Part shown: positions 22,003 through 36,091 of the stretch, piece after piece
How positions within the stretch are numbered: the stretch's first letter is position 1
Layout of the letters: the number at the start of each line of letters is the position of its first letter
Assembly (NCBI GenBank): GCA_023444765.1
Contig: JAEXLY010000159.1
Location: forward strand, 1 to 48,649
Length of the DNA stretch: 48,649 bases
Source: Pseudomonadota bacterium
GTDB lineage: Bacteria > Pseudomonadota > Gammaproteobacteria > Xanthomonadales > Xanthomonadaceae
Direction: 5' to 3'
Notes under the pieces: model-generated
Seen by the model: the letters and a program-made list of their open reading frames with translations, nothing else
The model's database searches: none
What the model was told of the DNA's origin: nothing
Program-made: the position numbers and the translations under genes

Positions 22003-25000
22003 TTGAACGAGGAAAAGGAATGGACGCCTTCCGCGTGGGGGCGCCGGTGGACCCGATCGCCGCACTGGCGCCTGCGGATGGACGGCCTGACGCTGACGCT
22101 GACCGTGGAGGGCCGGGCCCGCACGCTCAACGTCGGTGACGAAGCGACCTACCGGCTCAACGCCGGCAGGTTCTGGACCGACTTCACGGCCTTTCCCCAC
22201 ACGCGGCACGAGGTGCGGGTAGACGGGCTGCCCAATGTGCAAGGCGCCGATCTGGCCCATGCGCTGCAGCTATCGCTTGCGAACAAACGTCTATGCGACG
22301 ACGCCGCGTTTGTGCGGCGCGGACTGGATGTGGTTCGGCAGTGGCTGCGCAAGGCTACCGATCTAGAGCAAGCCGCGGATGCGGGCCACCGCTGGTTCAC
22401 CCACGACATGCAGCGAACTCTGGCCGAGTCCCGCCCAACCGTGGACGTGACAGGCATACGCATGCGGCTGAAGAAGGACCGCGTCGTGGCGCTGCTGGGT
22501 GAGGATGCCCAGGCTATCCAGCGCTCGCTGGATTTGTGGGAGTTGGACTGGGCGCGCTACTGGGCGCGCTACAACCGCGAGCACACCGAGCGCGAGTTGG
22601 TGGCGTGCAAGTCGTTGTTTGACACGGTTGAGCGCCAGCCGCTCACCGACGAGCAGGCTCGCGCGGTGGTGTGTTTCGACAACCGGGTGCAGGTGGTGGC
22701 CGCGGCCGGGTCGGGCAAGACCTCGACCATGGTGGCGAAGGCGGCGTACGCCCTCCACCGCAACCTGGTGGCCCCGGATCGCGTGGTGTTGTTAGCCTTC
22801 AACAAGCGCGCGGCCGATGAGCTGAAGGAGCGCGCGGCCCAGGCTTTCGAGCGGCTGGGCATGGAAGGCGTGGCGGTGGAAGCGTCGACGTTCCACGCGC
22901 TGGGCTTGCGCATCATCGGCAAGGCAACCGGAGAGAAGCCGGACATCCCCGACTGGGCCACCGACACGGGCGGCGGGCTGCGCAAGCTCGCGGCGATCGT
23001 TGACACGCTCAAGGATCGCGATCCGAGCTTCCGCACCCGCTGGGACCTGTTCCGCTTCGTGTTCAAGCGTGATGTGCCGGCCTTCGGCGAGCCCGAGCCC
23101 GCCGACGTGTGGGATGCCCAAGGCAGAGGCGCCTTGCTCTCGGCCCGGGGCGAGCGGGTGAAGAGCCAGGAAGAGGTGATGATCGCCGACTGGCTGTTCT
23201 ATAACGGTGTGGACTACCGCTACGAGGGCCGCTTCGAGGTGCCCACCGCCGACGAATGCCATCGGCAATACAAGCCAGATTTCTACTACCCGGCCGTGGC
23301 GCTGTATCACGAGCACTTCGCCCTGGACGCGTGCGGGCAAGCGCCCGCGCAATTCGAGGGCTACATGGACGGCGTGGTCTGGAAGCGCGAACTGCACCGG
23401 GAGGTAGGCACCGACTTGTTCGAAACGACTTCGCACGGGCTGCGCCACGGGGACGACTTGCAACGGCTGGGAGCGGAGTTGACCGCCAGAGGCGTGGTGC
23501 TGGACCCAAACCCCGATCGGCCCATCCCCGACGGTGGGAACCCGCCCATGCTCGCCGCCGAGCTCGCGGCGTTGATTCGCACCTTCATCGGCCATGCCAA
23601 GAGCAACGGGTTGTCCATCGACGCCATCCGGCAGAGGATGGAGACCCTGCCCGACGCCACGTTCAAGCCCCGGCACCGGATGTTCCTGGACCTGGCCGAG
23701 CCCATTCTGGCGGCGTGGGATGCGGCGCTGGCCGCCGAGGGTGGGATCGATTTCGAGGACATGCTCAACCTGGCCGCTGCGCACCTGGAAGCCGGCCACT
23801 GCGAAGCGCCCTTCGATCTGGTGATGGCCGACGAGTTCCAGGACGCCTCCCGCGCCCGGGCGCGCTTGTGCCGCGCCTTGGTCCAACGGCCTCACCGCCA
23901 CCTGTTTGCCGTGGGCGACGACTGGCAGTCCATAAACCGCTTCGCCGGCGCGGACGTGTCGGTGATGACCCGTTTCAGGGAGTGGTTCGGACACGGCCAG
24001 GTGCTCAAGCTGGAGCAAACGTTCCGTTGCCCCCAGGCGTTGTGCGACGTGTCAAGCGCGTTCGTCTCCAAGAACCCCGCGCAAATAGGCAAGCGTGTAC
24101 ACTCCGTGGCGTCTGGCGTGGGCCCCGTTCTGCAAGCCTTCCAGGTCGACCACCGGGACAAGCTCACCGACGCGGTCGACCGGTTCGTGATGCAACTAGC
24201 CGAAGGCGTGCGCAGCGGCGCCATCCCGCCGGGGCGCAACGGCAAGGTGTCAGTCTACGTGCTGGGCCGCTACAACACCGACCAGCAGCACTTGCCCCAA
24301 CGGTCCTCGCGCTTCAACCGTTACGTGGACGTGTCGTTCCTGACCATCCACCGGTCCAAGGGCAGCGAGGCCGACTACGTCGTGTTGCCGGAGATGGTGA
24401 GCGTGACGCGTCGGCGGAGTTTCCCGAGCACACGTGCCGACGACGCCGTGCTGGCGTTAGCTATGCCCGACGGCGACGACTACCCCATGGGCGAAGAACG
24501 CAGGCTGTTCTACGTGGCCCTCACCCGTGCCCGCCGCGGCGTTGCTCTGTTCACCGCACGCGGGTGCTGCTCCACATTCCTGCGCGAGCTCGAGGAAGAC
24601 GGTGCCGTCGTGCTGACCGACACCGACGGCAAGGCGATTCGGGAAGACAACTGCCCCGCGTGCAAGCAAGGCGTGCTGTTGCAGCGCACCGGGCCGTACG
24701 GGCCATTCCGCGCCTGTTCGAACTTCCCCGTGTGCAGCTACAAGCCGCAGCAGCGGCGCGCCCCTTCGCCCTCGGTGTTCGCCCGACAGACGCCGCAACG
24801 GCCCACTGTCGTCCGCGCTCCGCGTCCCGCTTCCCCTCGCCCACCCGCTGTCGCGCCGCCGCCCGAGCCGAAGCCGTCACGGTCGTTCCTGGGCAAGCTC
24901 AGCCAAGCCGTGTCGGAATTCGACCACCACGTCGAGCGCGCTAGCGCGCTGCAAAGCGCGACGTCCGAACTGTCGGTGAGCCTGGATGCGGAGCGCACGG

Positions 25001-25410
25001 TCGTTGAGGCGGCGCTCAAGTCGGCCCGGCAGGCCATGGATCTGGAACGCGAGCTCGCGGCCAAGGGCCCCGAGTATCGGGCCCGGTTCGAACAGTCGTA
25101 TGCGGAACTGTTCGGCGCAATCGACGACGACACTGTCGCCAACCCTTCGCCGCCCGCGTCCATGCCGCGCCGCCCTCTTCCGGATTTCGGCCGCGTGGGC
25201 ACGCAAGCCCCCCCCGACATCCAGCGGGTTATCGCCGCCAAAGTAGACGGCTTGCGCGCGGACCGTGAGGCGTTTTTGTCCGCGGTCCATGCGCAACTGG
25301 CGTCCGACGCGGCGCTGCGCGCCCGGTTCGCCGAAGACCTGCGAGACCTCAATGGCGAGCACTACTGGGTGGCCCTGGATCCCCATTCAAAGCTGAAAAT
25401 CAGACGGTGA
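22003..25410 (+). CDS. UvrD/helicase IV-like SF1 helicase with inserted PD-(D/E)xK-like domain, topoisomerase-type C4 Zn ribbon and helical C-terminal extension
   Basis: AAAGSGKT, DEFQD, VGDDWQSINRF, TIHRSKGSE, EERRLFYVALTRAR; KSQEE...YKPDFY...YHEH; CPAC...CSNFPVC; TTG start after GGAGAGG inferred. Confidence 0.88.
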   Translation: MNEEKEWTPSAWGRRWTRSPHWRLRMDGLTLTLTVEGRARTLNVGDEATYRLNAGRFWTDFTAFPHTRHEVRVDGLPNVQGADLAHALQLSLANKRLCDDAAFVRRGLDVVRQWLRKATDLEQAADAGHRWFTHDMQRTLAESRPTVDVTGIRMRLKKDRVVALLGEDAQAIQRSLDLWELDWARYWARYNREHTERELVACKSLFDTVERQPLTDEQARAVVCFDNRVQVVAAAGSGKTSTMVAKAAYALHRNLVAPDRVVLLAFNKRAADELKERAAQAFERLGMEGVAVEASTFHALGLRIIGKATGEKPDIPDWATDTGGGLRKLAAIVDTLKDRDPSFRTRWDLFRFVFKRDVPAFGEPEPADVWDAQGRGALLSARGERVKSQEEVMIADWLFYNGVDYRYEGRFEVPTADECHRQYKPDFYYPAVALYHEHFALDACGQAPAQFEGYMDGVVWKRELHREVGTDLFETTSHGLRHGDDLQRLGAELTARGVVLDPNPDRPIPDGGNPPMLAAELAALIRTFIGHAKSNGLSIDAIRQRMETLPDATFKPRHRMFLDLAEPILAAWDAALAAEGGIDFEDMLNLAAAHLEAGHCEAPFDLVMADEFQDASRARARLCRALVQRPHRHLFAVGDDWQSINRFAGADVSVMTRFREWFGHGQVLKLEQTFRCPQALCDVSSAFVSKNPAQIGKRVHSVASGVGPVLQAFQVDHRDKLTDAVDRFVMQLAEGVRSGAIPPGRNGKVSVYVLGRYNTDQQHLPQRSSRFNRYVDVSFLTIHRSKGSEADYVVLPEMVSVTRRRSFPSTRADDAVLALAMPDGDDYPMGEERRLFYVALTRARRGVALFTARGCCSTFLRELEEDGAVVLTDTDGKAIREDNCPACKQGVLLQRTGPYGPFRACSNFPVCSYKPQQRRAPSPSVFARQTPQRPTVVRAPRPASPRPPAVAPPPEPKPSRSFLGKLSQAVSEFDHHVERASALQSATSELSVSLDAERTVVEAALKSARQAMDLERELAAKGPEYRARFEQSYAELFGAIDDDTVANPSPPASMPRRPLPDFGRVGTQAPPDIQRVIAAKVDGLRADREAFLSAVHAQLASDAALRARFAEDLRDLNGEHYWVALDPHSKLKIRR

Positions 25411-25460
25411 TTGTGGCGATACCGGCCACACCCCAAAACTGTCCCTGATCTCCTCACGCC

Positions 25461-25488
25461 GATGTCAGTTCCGGCCAGAAGCGGACGT
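25461..25488. repeat. 28-bp palindromic site A (spacer CGGCCA)
   Basis: GATGTCAGTTC-CGGCCA-GAAGCGGACGT; left arm has a 1-nt deletion relative to consensus. Confidence 0.75.
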
Positions 25489-25666
25489 TCTGGCTGACCC
25501 GAACTGCCGCTTCGAATCCACTCTTTCAGAGGGTCGGCAGGGATTCGTGTAAAAAACGGCCAAAGGTGAGCTAACTGCCTGTCATAGCTGACTTTCTTGG
25601 CCGCTCCAGCCACGCGTCAGAACGGAGCATTTCTTCTTCGAGGACCGGACAACGGGCCGTAACTCG

Positions 25667-26290
25667 TTATTTCACCTCGTCCCGGTAACTCCGCCAAGCC
25701 ATGCGGAGTACCCGAGCGGAGGACCGCAGAAACATCAGCAACAGTCCACCGGCGATGACCAGATCGGGCCAGCCGGCATCGAACAGCCACACGCCGGCGG
25801 CTGCCAGCAGCACCGCAACACCCTCGTACAGGTCATTGCGCGAGCACTCCCAGGCCGATGACATGTTCACGTCGCCAAAGCGGTACGGGGTAAGCAGCCA
25901 CAGGCACAAGGCGTTGAACGCAAGATTGATCACGGCGGCGATGCCGATGGCCTCGAAGATCGGCACCTCCGGGTGGGCCAGGCGCCAGCCGATCTGGATG
26001 GCGACCGCAACCGCGGCACCGAGGATCAGCAATCCCTTGAACAACGCCACCCTGGCCTTGGCGCGCAGGCTCGCGCCGATCACTGCCAGGCTCAGCAGAT
26101 AGGTCAACGCATCACCGAGGTTGTCGAGGCTGCCCGACAGCAACGAGGACGAGCCGCTGTAGATCGCTGCGGTGATCATCATCACGAAGCTGGCGATGTT
26201 GATTGCCAGCACGATCATCAACACGCGCCGCTGCCCCGCCTCCAGGGCGCGGATATCCACCGTGCTTCCGCAGCCGCACGAATCACTCAT
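25667..26290 (-). CDS. CDF-like cation (Co/Zn/Cd) transporter, TM domain only
   Basis: SSLLSGSLDNLGDALTY, WECSRND, WPDLVIA; divergent from MerR regulator. Confidence 0.85.
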   Translation of the reverse strand: MSDSCGCGSTVDIRALEAGQRRVLMIVLAINIASFVMMITAAIYSGSSSLLSGSLDNLGDALTYLLSLAVIGASLRAKARVALFKGLLILGAAVAVAIQIGWRLAHPEVPIFEAIGIAAVINLAFNALCLWLLTPYRFGDVNMSSAWECSRNDLYEGVAVLLAAAGVWLFDAGWPDLVIAGGLLLMFLRSSARVLRMAWRSYRDEVK

Positions 26291-26349
26291 GATCATGTCT
26301 CCGAGTCGAGCGGGCGTCCGAGGATTTGCGGCCCGCTTCCAGGTCGGCG

Positions 26350-26380
26350 ATCCTAAACCCCGGAGTCGCTACAGAGTCAA
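26350..26380 (-). promoter_or_regulatory. MerR-type promoter/operator
   Basis: TTGACT-N19-TAGGAT with dyad ACTCTGTAG-CGA-CTCCGGGGT, resembling CadR/PbrR operators. Confidence 0.8.
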
Positions 26381-26384
26381 GCCC

Positions 26385-26780
26385 ATGAAGATCGGAGAGG
26401 TCGCGGAGCGCAGCGGGTGCCATCCCGAAACCGTGCGCTACTACGAGCGCATCGGGTTGTTGCCTGCCCCGCCGCGCACGGCGGGCGGGTATCGCGACTA
26501 CCGTCCCGCCGACGCGGATCGGCTGCGCTTCATCAGCCGCGGACGCGAACTGGGCTTCTCGCTGGAGGAGATCCGCAGCCTGCTGGGCCTGGCCGAAGAC
26601 GACGGGTTGTCCTGCCAGGATGTCGACCGTCTTGCCCGCGGGCACCTGCTGGACATCCGGAACCGGCTAAACGACCTGCAGCGGATGGCCTCGGAGCTCG
26701 AACGGGTGATTGGCAGTTGCAGCGGCGGCGAGCGCGGCCAGTGCGCCATCCTCGACACGCTGCGCCACCCGCCATCCTAG
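26385..26780 (+). CDS. MerR-family heavy-metal-responsive regulator (CadR/PbrR-like)
   Basis: MKIGEVAERSGCHPETVRYYERIGLL; metal-binding Cys in LSCQDV and CSGGERGQCAIL. Confidence 0.93.
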   Translation: MKIGEVAERSGCHPETVRYYERIGLLPAPPRTAGGYRDYRPADADRLRFISRGRELGFSLEEIRSLLGLAEDDGLSCQDVDRLARGHLLDIRNRLNDLQRMASELERVIGSCSGGERGQCAILDTLRHPPS

Positions 26781-26788
26781 GTCGGCAC

Positions 26789-27382
26789 TCAAGCGTCCTC
26801 TTCGCCACGGGCATCCTGCAGGATCTCGATGCCCCCTTTCAGGGCGATCGCCGCCACTGCGAGCCCCACGACGAGGTCGGGCCAGGCCCGCCCGGTCCAC
26901 AGCACCAGTCCGCCACCCACGAGCACGCCTGCGTTGGCGATGAAATCGTTGGTGCTGAAGGTCGTCGCGGCACGCACGTTCACATTGGCCTGCCGGATTT
27001 TCTTGAGCAGCCACACGCATGTCGCGTTTACCAGGCCGGCCCCCAGCGCCATCACCATCATCGTCGTACCAATGGGCTCGGCGTCACCCAGGAACCGACG
27101 GCCCACGTCGACCAGGATCCCAGCGGCGAACAGGATCAGCAGCCAGCCGGACACTTTGGCCGCCGACCGTTTCCAGGCTTGTGAGCGACTGAGTGCGAGC
27201 AGGGTGATGATGTAGACGGCGCTGTCGGACGTATTGTCCAGTCCATTTGCGATCAGAGCGCTTGAGCCGGCGGCGACGCCCGTGACCCCGAACCCCGCGG
27301 CAAGCGCGAGGTTCAGGGCGAGGACGATCAACAGGATCCGGCGCTGGTGCGCGTCGTGTATCTCGATCTTCTCTTCACTCAA
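26789..27382 (-). CDS. Second CDF-like cation transporter
   Basis: SSALIANGLDNTSD, FSTNDFIAN, WPDLVVG; TTG start right after czcA stop (inferred). Confidence 0.82.
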   Translation of the reverse strand: MSEEKIEIHDAHQRRILLIVLALNLALAAGFGVTGVAAGSSALIANGLDNTSDSAVYIITLLALSRSQAWKRSAAKVSGWLLILFAAGILVDVGRRFLGDAEPIGTTMMVMALGAGLVNATCVWLLKKIRQANVNVRAATTFSTNDFIANAGVLVGGGLVLWTGRAWPDLVVGLAVAAIALKGGIEILQDARGEEDA

Positions 27383-27383
27383 C

Positions 27384-31559
<4,176 letters not shown>

Positions 31560-31563
<4 letters not shown>

Positions 31564-32840
31564 GGGGTTGCTCCTTGGTTGTCTTGCGGGCCCGGGCCGG
31601 CGACGAATGCCTGGCCGGTCAGCCGCTGGATCTCGATCAGGGCGCGCTGGGCTTCCAGCGCAGCTGCCAGCTGTTGCTGCCGTGCGGCGGCGCGCTCCGC
31701 CTGCAGGCTCGACCACTCCAGATAACTGGCGGCGCCTGCGCGGTACGCGGTGGCGGCCGCTGCTTCGGCCTTGGCCAGACGTGGAAGCACGTCCTCACCC
31801 AGCCGCTGTGCTTCCAGGCGGGCCACCCCGAAGCGGCCATGCGCCTCAGCGAGGGTGGAGTAGAGCGACAGCCCCACGGCCTCCCGTTCGATTTCCAGCG
31901 CTGTCAACTCGGCGCGTGCGGCACGGATGCCCGGTTGTGCCCGGCGGGTGGTGCCCAGCGGGATCGAGACACTGCCGACCAAGCCGAAGTCATCGCCGTC
32001 CGCCATCCGTCGCACGCCCACCTGCCAGTCGAAGTCCGGGGTCGCTTCGCTGCGTGCCAGCTGCAGGCGTGCCTCGCCAATGCGCTGCTGATCGACGAAC
32101 TGCGCGAGCTCGGGAGTGCGTTGCAACCAGTCGGCGAGTACCGCGAAGTCCGCGATCTGGGGCACGGCGAGCAGATCGCCCCCGAGGATCTCGAATGCGG
32201 GATTTCGCTCGCCCCACAGGGCCGCGAGATGCTGGCGGGCGGCCGCCTGACGTTGCCGGGCTCGCGCGCGATCCAGTTCCGACCGCGCGAGGGCGGCCTG
32301 GGCGGTGAGTACGACCGATTCCGGCGAAGCGCCGGCCTCGTGACGCCGGCGCGCCGCAGCAACGGTGCGTTCGCGCTGGTCGACGTCCAACTGCGCAAGC
32401 TCGCCTTCGCGTTGCGCACCGACGACCGCCAGGTAGCGGCGGGCCACTTCGGCCAGGAGATCCAACCGCTGCGCCTCGCGCTCGATGGCCAGCGCGTCGA
32501 TCCGGCTTTGCGCGAGCGTGCGGCGGGCATCGAGCTTGCCGCCGCGCTCCAGCACGGAGGCGAGGCTCAGCGTGATCTCGGCGCCATCCAGGCCGCTGGC
32601 CGGGCCGGTACCGAGCACGTTCTCGACCTCGGCTCCAGCGACCAGCGCCGGGCGCAACGAGGAGCGATCCAGTTCGGCTTTCAGGGCCTCATGGCGGGCA
32701 CCAAACAAGCGTAGATCGGGATGGGCGTCGGCAACGCGAAGGAAAGCGTCGTCCAGGGTGAGGGGGTCGGCGGCGTGCGTGGGGAATGCCACGGCACACA
32801 CGGCGACGAACGCGGCCAGGGCCGCTGATCGCAAACGCAT
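31560..32840 (-). CDS. czcC: TolC-family outer-membrane factor (CzcC-like)
   Basis: Signal peptide, helical OMF repeats, ATGA overlap with czcB. Confidence 0.88.
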
Positions 32841-32896
32841 GGGGGTTGCTCCGATGAATCGAATTGACGGGAGTCGGCATCAGGCCGACGGCGCGG

Positions 32897-33289
32897 TCAT
32901 CCGAAGATCGGAGGCTTGAATGGGCTCGGCAGACGCAAGGCGGCCGGGGGCGATGCTTTTTCGACCCCCATTCGACCGGCGACCGGTCGAGTAGAAAATG
33001 AATCCAGGACCGGCAACACGGCCGCGGCTGAACCACAGCAATGGGCGAAATCCAGTAACAGGTGCAACGTCTCCGATCCGTCTTGATCGTGCGCGTCCGC
33101 CGCGGCGAACTCCGCGCCCGGATCGTTGGCATGCGGGCCGTGGCTGTGCGCGCCCGACGGATCGTGCGCGAGCTCATGCATTTCGCCAGCGGCTGTCATC
33201 ACCGGTTGGAACGCCAACCCCAACGCAAGCACACCCAGCACGACGACGCGCAGGAGCGGCAACAAGAAGCGGGGATGCAGGCGGGTCAT
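32897..33289 (-). CDS. His/Cys-rich exported metal-binding protein (CzcI-like position)
   Basis: Signal-like N-terminus, HELAH..HSHG.H, HCCG, C-terminal PFKPPI; first gene of czc operon. Confidence 0.7.
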   Translation of the reverse strand: MTRLHPRFLLPLLRVVVLGVLALGLAFQPVMTAAGEMHELAHDPSGAHSHGPHANDPGAEFAAADAHDQDGSETLHLLLDFAHCCGSAAAVLPVLDSFSTRPVAGRMGVEKASPPAALRLPSPFKPPIFG

Positions 33290-33696
33290 GGCCGCGCAGG
33301 GTACCTGCGGATGATGGGGTTATACAATTCCGCTGAATGCGTCGAGAGGGCTACAGGGAAAAGGCGCGTTCCAGTTGTCGGCCATGGCACCGCTTGTACT
33401 TGTTTCCGCTGCCGCACTGGCACGGCTGGTGATCGCGCAGCCCCGACGACAGTGCGTGTCCAGGAACTGGTGCGCCTGCTGCAGCGGTTCGATTTCATGC
33501 GCGGGGACACTGACCTCGCCGGGAGCCGCCGGGATGCCCCGGCTCAGTCTCTTCCTGGGGGCTCTTGCCGTTGCATGGGCTGCTAGCCCTTCGATGGCAG
33601 ACAGCAATACCCGCACTGCGCTCTACGAGGTCATGCGGTCGGGCTTGGCTGCCTGAGTGATCCGTGGGACGAAGTGGTGCGCGATGTTCCAACGAG

Positions 33697-33724
33697 ACGT
33701 CCGCTTTGGGTCGGAAGTTGCCCT
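33697..33724. repeat. 28-bp palindromic site B (spacer GGGTCG)
   Basis: ACGTCCGCTTT-GGGTCG-GAAGTTGCCCT; degenerate second copy at 33884-33911. Confidence 0.75.
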
Positions 33725-34028
33725 TCCGTACCACCGATAAACATCCTAGTCGGCAGGCCCAGATCCTGGGACTGCTCGCATGCCGACATCAAACGGCCTC
33801 TCCGTCTCTTGGGGCTTCCGTGTTGCAGCACTTCTTGCACTGCAGTTCAGCGATTGGTGCACTACCGCGATAACACAGAGGTTTGCGTCTGTTTGGGTCG
33901 GAACGATCGGCCCGACGAACTAGGTGCCCCAGATACGCCGCATTGGCTTGGCTTGCTCCCATGCTGACAAGAGGCACGTCGGCATTAGCGCTTCCACCTA
34001 GCGATGGCGGACGAAGGCTCGGGCGTCG

Positions 34029-34280
34029 TCAGCAGTCTGAGTCGATCACTTCCGTGTCCAGCTTGCCCTGGTGGGATGCCATGAAGGGATCAAGCGCCAG
34101 CCGCAGCTCCCTCATGGCAGCCAAGTCCTGCGGAGCGTCTCCCACCTGCCGAACGTCCGGATTCTCGTGACCAAATAGTGCCAGATACTCGTCCCAGAAC
34201 TGCTCGAATGTCTTGCTCCGGTCGAACGTCTCGATGAACCGGTGCGCCTCGGGTATCCATTCAGACGGGGGCCTGCTCAT
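34029..34280 (-). CDS. Hypothetical protein, 83 aa, translationally coupled to SRAP
   Basis: ATG overlaps SRAP stop (ATGA); MSRPPSEWIPEAHRFIETF... Confidence 0.65.
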   Translation of the reverse strand: MSRPPSEWIPEAHRFIETFDRSKTFEQFWDEYLALFGHENPDVRQVGDAPQDLAAMRELRLALDPFMASHQGKLDTEVIDSDC

Positions 34281-35212
34281 GCGGCCTCGCGGTGTTCGTA
34301 GTACGGGTGTTGTTTGTCGTCCAGGATCGCGTACAGGGTCGGCAGGTTCGACGGGGCGGGGTTGAGCCACGCATCGATATGCTCGGGCTTGATGTTGATG
34401 ATCGTCCGGTCGTGGCCCGCCGCTGCGACCTCCGGCTCCGGCTCGTCCGTGATCGCAGCGAAGGAGTACAGGTCCGGCTCTTGGCCCTTGGGGTCCGTCC
34501 AGTGGGAATACAGGCACGCGATGAACATCGGCTCGCCCGTTCGCGGGGTGAACGCCAAGACGCGGTTCTTGCCGTCCGGCCCCTGCACGTTCTCGTAGAA
34601 CACGTCGGCGACAATCAGACCATGCGCGTGCCCAAACTGTCCCCGCCAGAACCCTTCCAGGTTGTCCCGGCGGGCGTTGTACGTGCCCGAGAAATCCCGG
34701 TCGTAGGAGGAAGGCTTGCCCGCAAGGCGGCACTGATAGCGCATCGGGCGCATGACGCGCTCCCCGCCCTCCGAAACCAGCACATGGCAGAAGCTGCCCG
34801 GGAACATCCGCTGGTCGCTGGCCTTGGGTTCCGTGCGGCGTAGCGCGTCCAGCTTCTCCCGGATTTGCTCCAGCTTGTTGGTCCCGATTCGAACGTCCTC
34901 TTGCGCCTTCTTCGTGACCTTGATCAGCAGCTTGCGTTCCGCGTCGGCTACGCGCTTACGCTGGGCGAACAGCTCGCGCTCCAGGTCTGCGGTCTCCTTG
35001 GCGTCCCATAGGCGAATCAGCTCGGCAACTTCCTCGGGACCGTCCCGGAGGAATCCGATGTCCATGGCCCGGGGTGTGCGGGGGCGTTTGGCGTAGGGGT
35101 CCATACCCTCGTCCAGCCAGTACAGCCGGACGTACTCCTTAACCGTCATCTTCGATCCGGTCACCCGCTGGAATTTCTTGTGTTCGGCGCGGACCTGGGC
35201 GGAGTAGCACAT
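34277..35212 (-). CDS. SOS response-associated peptidase (SRAP/HMCES family)
   Basis: N-terminal Cys2 (MCYS), TYNARRD, FYE, FAAITD, GHDR; about 60-aa coiled-coil insertion. Confidence 0.88.
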   Translation of the reverse strand: MCYSAQVRAEHKKFQRVTGSKMTVKEYVRLYWLDEGMDPYAKRPRTPRAMDIGFLRDGPEEVAELIRLWDAKETADLERELFAQRKRVADAERKLLIKVTKKAQEDVRIGTNKLEQIREKLDALRRTEPKASDQRMFPGSFCHVLVSEGGERVMRPMRYQCRLAGKPSSYDRDFSGTYNARRDNLEGFWRGQFGHAHGLIVADVFYENVQGPDGKNRVLAFTPRTGEPMFIACLYSHWTDPKGQEPDLYSFAAITDEPEPEVAAAGHDRTIINIKPEHIDAWLNPAPSNLPTLYAILDDKQHPYYEHREAA

Positions 35213-35394
35213 GGGGCCTCCAAGGTTCGGAATGGGGCAAGGTTAGCCGGGGTGTCGGGGATTCCCTACACACGGACTCGACCCCGCCTGATAGCCGGGG
35301 TCTCGGGGCGGGAGCATCCTGCCCACACCAGCAACGCGCGGCGCACGCTGGCTCGGACAGGCCCCTCCCCTGGACCCCTGTCCGGCCGGTCGAG

Positions 35395-35769
35395 TCATCC
35401 AACCGCGCGGGCCTCCGCAGGGATGCGGGGGCTGCTGGTCTGAATCTCCAGCTCCGCTAGACGCCCACGAGCGCGCAGGGCCTCCGCACCGCGCCACGTC
35501 TGCCCGGCCAGCCATCGCAGGCGCCGTAGCTCCGAGTGCGCGTGAAGGGCCGCGTAGTGCCGCCTGGCCCATGTCTCGCACCCTGCCCGGCCGGACTCGT
35601 AGGTCCTGCAGTCCCGCGTGACGGCCAGGCGCCCCGGAAAGTGCAGCCGGGCGAACCAGCTTCCGTCCACCCGCTCGACCATCCGGGCGACCTCCGTCCC
35701 GCCCACATAGAGCGCGTCGCGAGGGCCGGTTCCGGCAGGGCCGGTAGGTGGGAGCCATCGGAGTTCCAT
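35395..35769 (-). CDS. Hypothetical protein, 124 aa
   Basis: Protein-like ORF (ALYVGGTEVARMVERVDGSWFARL...CRTYESGRAGCETWARRH) co-oriented upstream of SRAP. Confidence 0.6.
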   Translation of the reverse strand: MELRWLPPTGPAGTGPRDALYVGGTEVARMVERVDGSWFARLHFPGRLAVTRDCRTYESGRAGCETWARRHYAALHAHSELRRLRWLAGQTWRGAEALRARGRLAELEIQTSSPRIPAEARAVG

Positions 35770-35999
35770 CCCGGCAGCCTATCCATGGCCGTTTCACCGA
35801 CCGAGACTGTCAAGGACATCTCCTACCGGAGCATCTTTCTGATCGATAGCGGCAAGTTGGCACCCAGTGCGCCGTCGCCATAGAGGCGTAATCCGTGCAG
35901 TCTAGCTTCGGGTGCTGTGCGACCAGGTCCGCCCGATGGGCCCGTCGATCGAGATACCAGCGCGTGTGGCGAATGCTGACCACTGAGCCGGACGCGATT

Positions 36000-36027
36000 A
36001 GGTCTGCTACCGGCCAGAAGCTGACCT
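36000..36027. repeat. 28-bp palindromic site C (spacer CGGCCA)
   Basis: AGGTCTGCTAC-CGGCCA-GAAGCTGACCT. Confidence 0.8.
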
Positions 36028-36091
36028 AGGACCACCGCGAATCCAGGCGGCGCGAAGAGCCCTCCGTTTCCGCTCGGAGTTCAGATAGGCG

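Noticed and set aside
25412..25580. Additional site copies around CGGCCA at 25423 and 25557, and TGACCCGAACTGCC at ~25495
   Set aside because: Arms are too degenerate to call by eye; a PWM scan is needed.
33320..33990. Short ORFs between czc and SRAP modules
   Set aside because: No recognisable motifs; they look like decayed junction sequence containing repeat sites.
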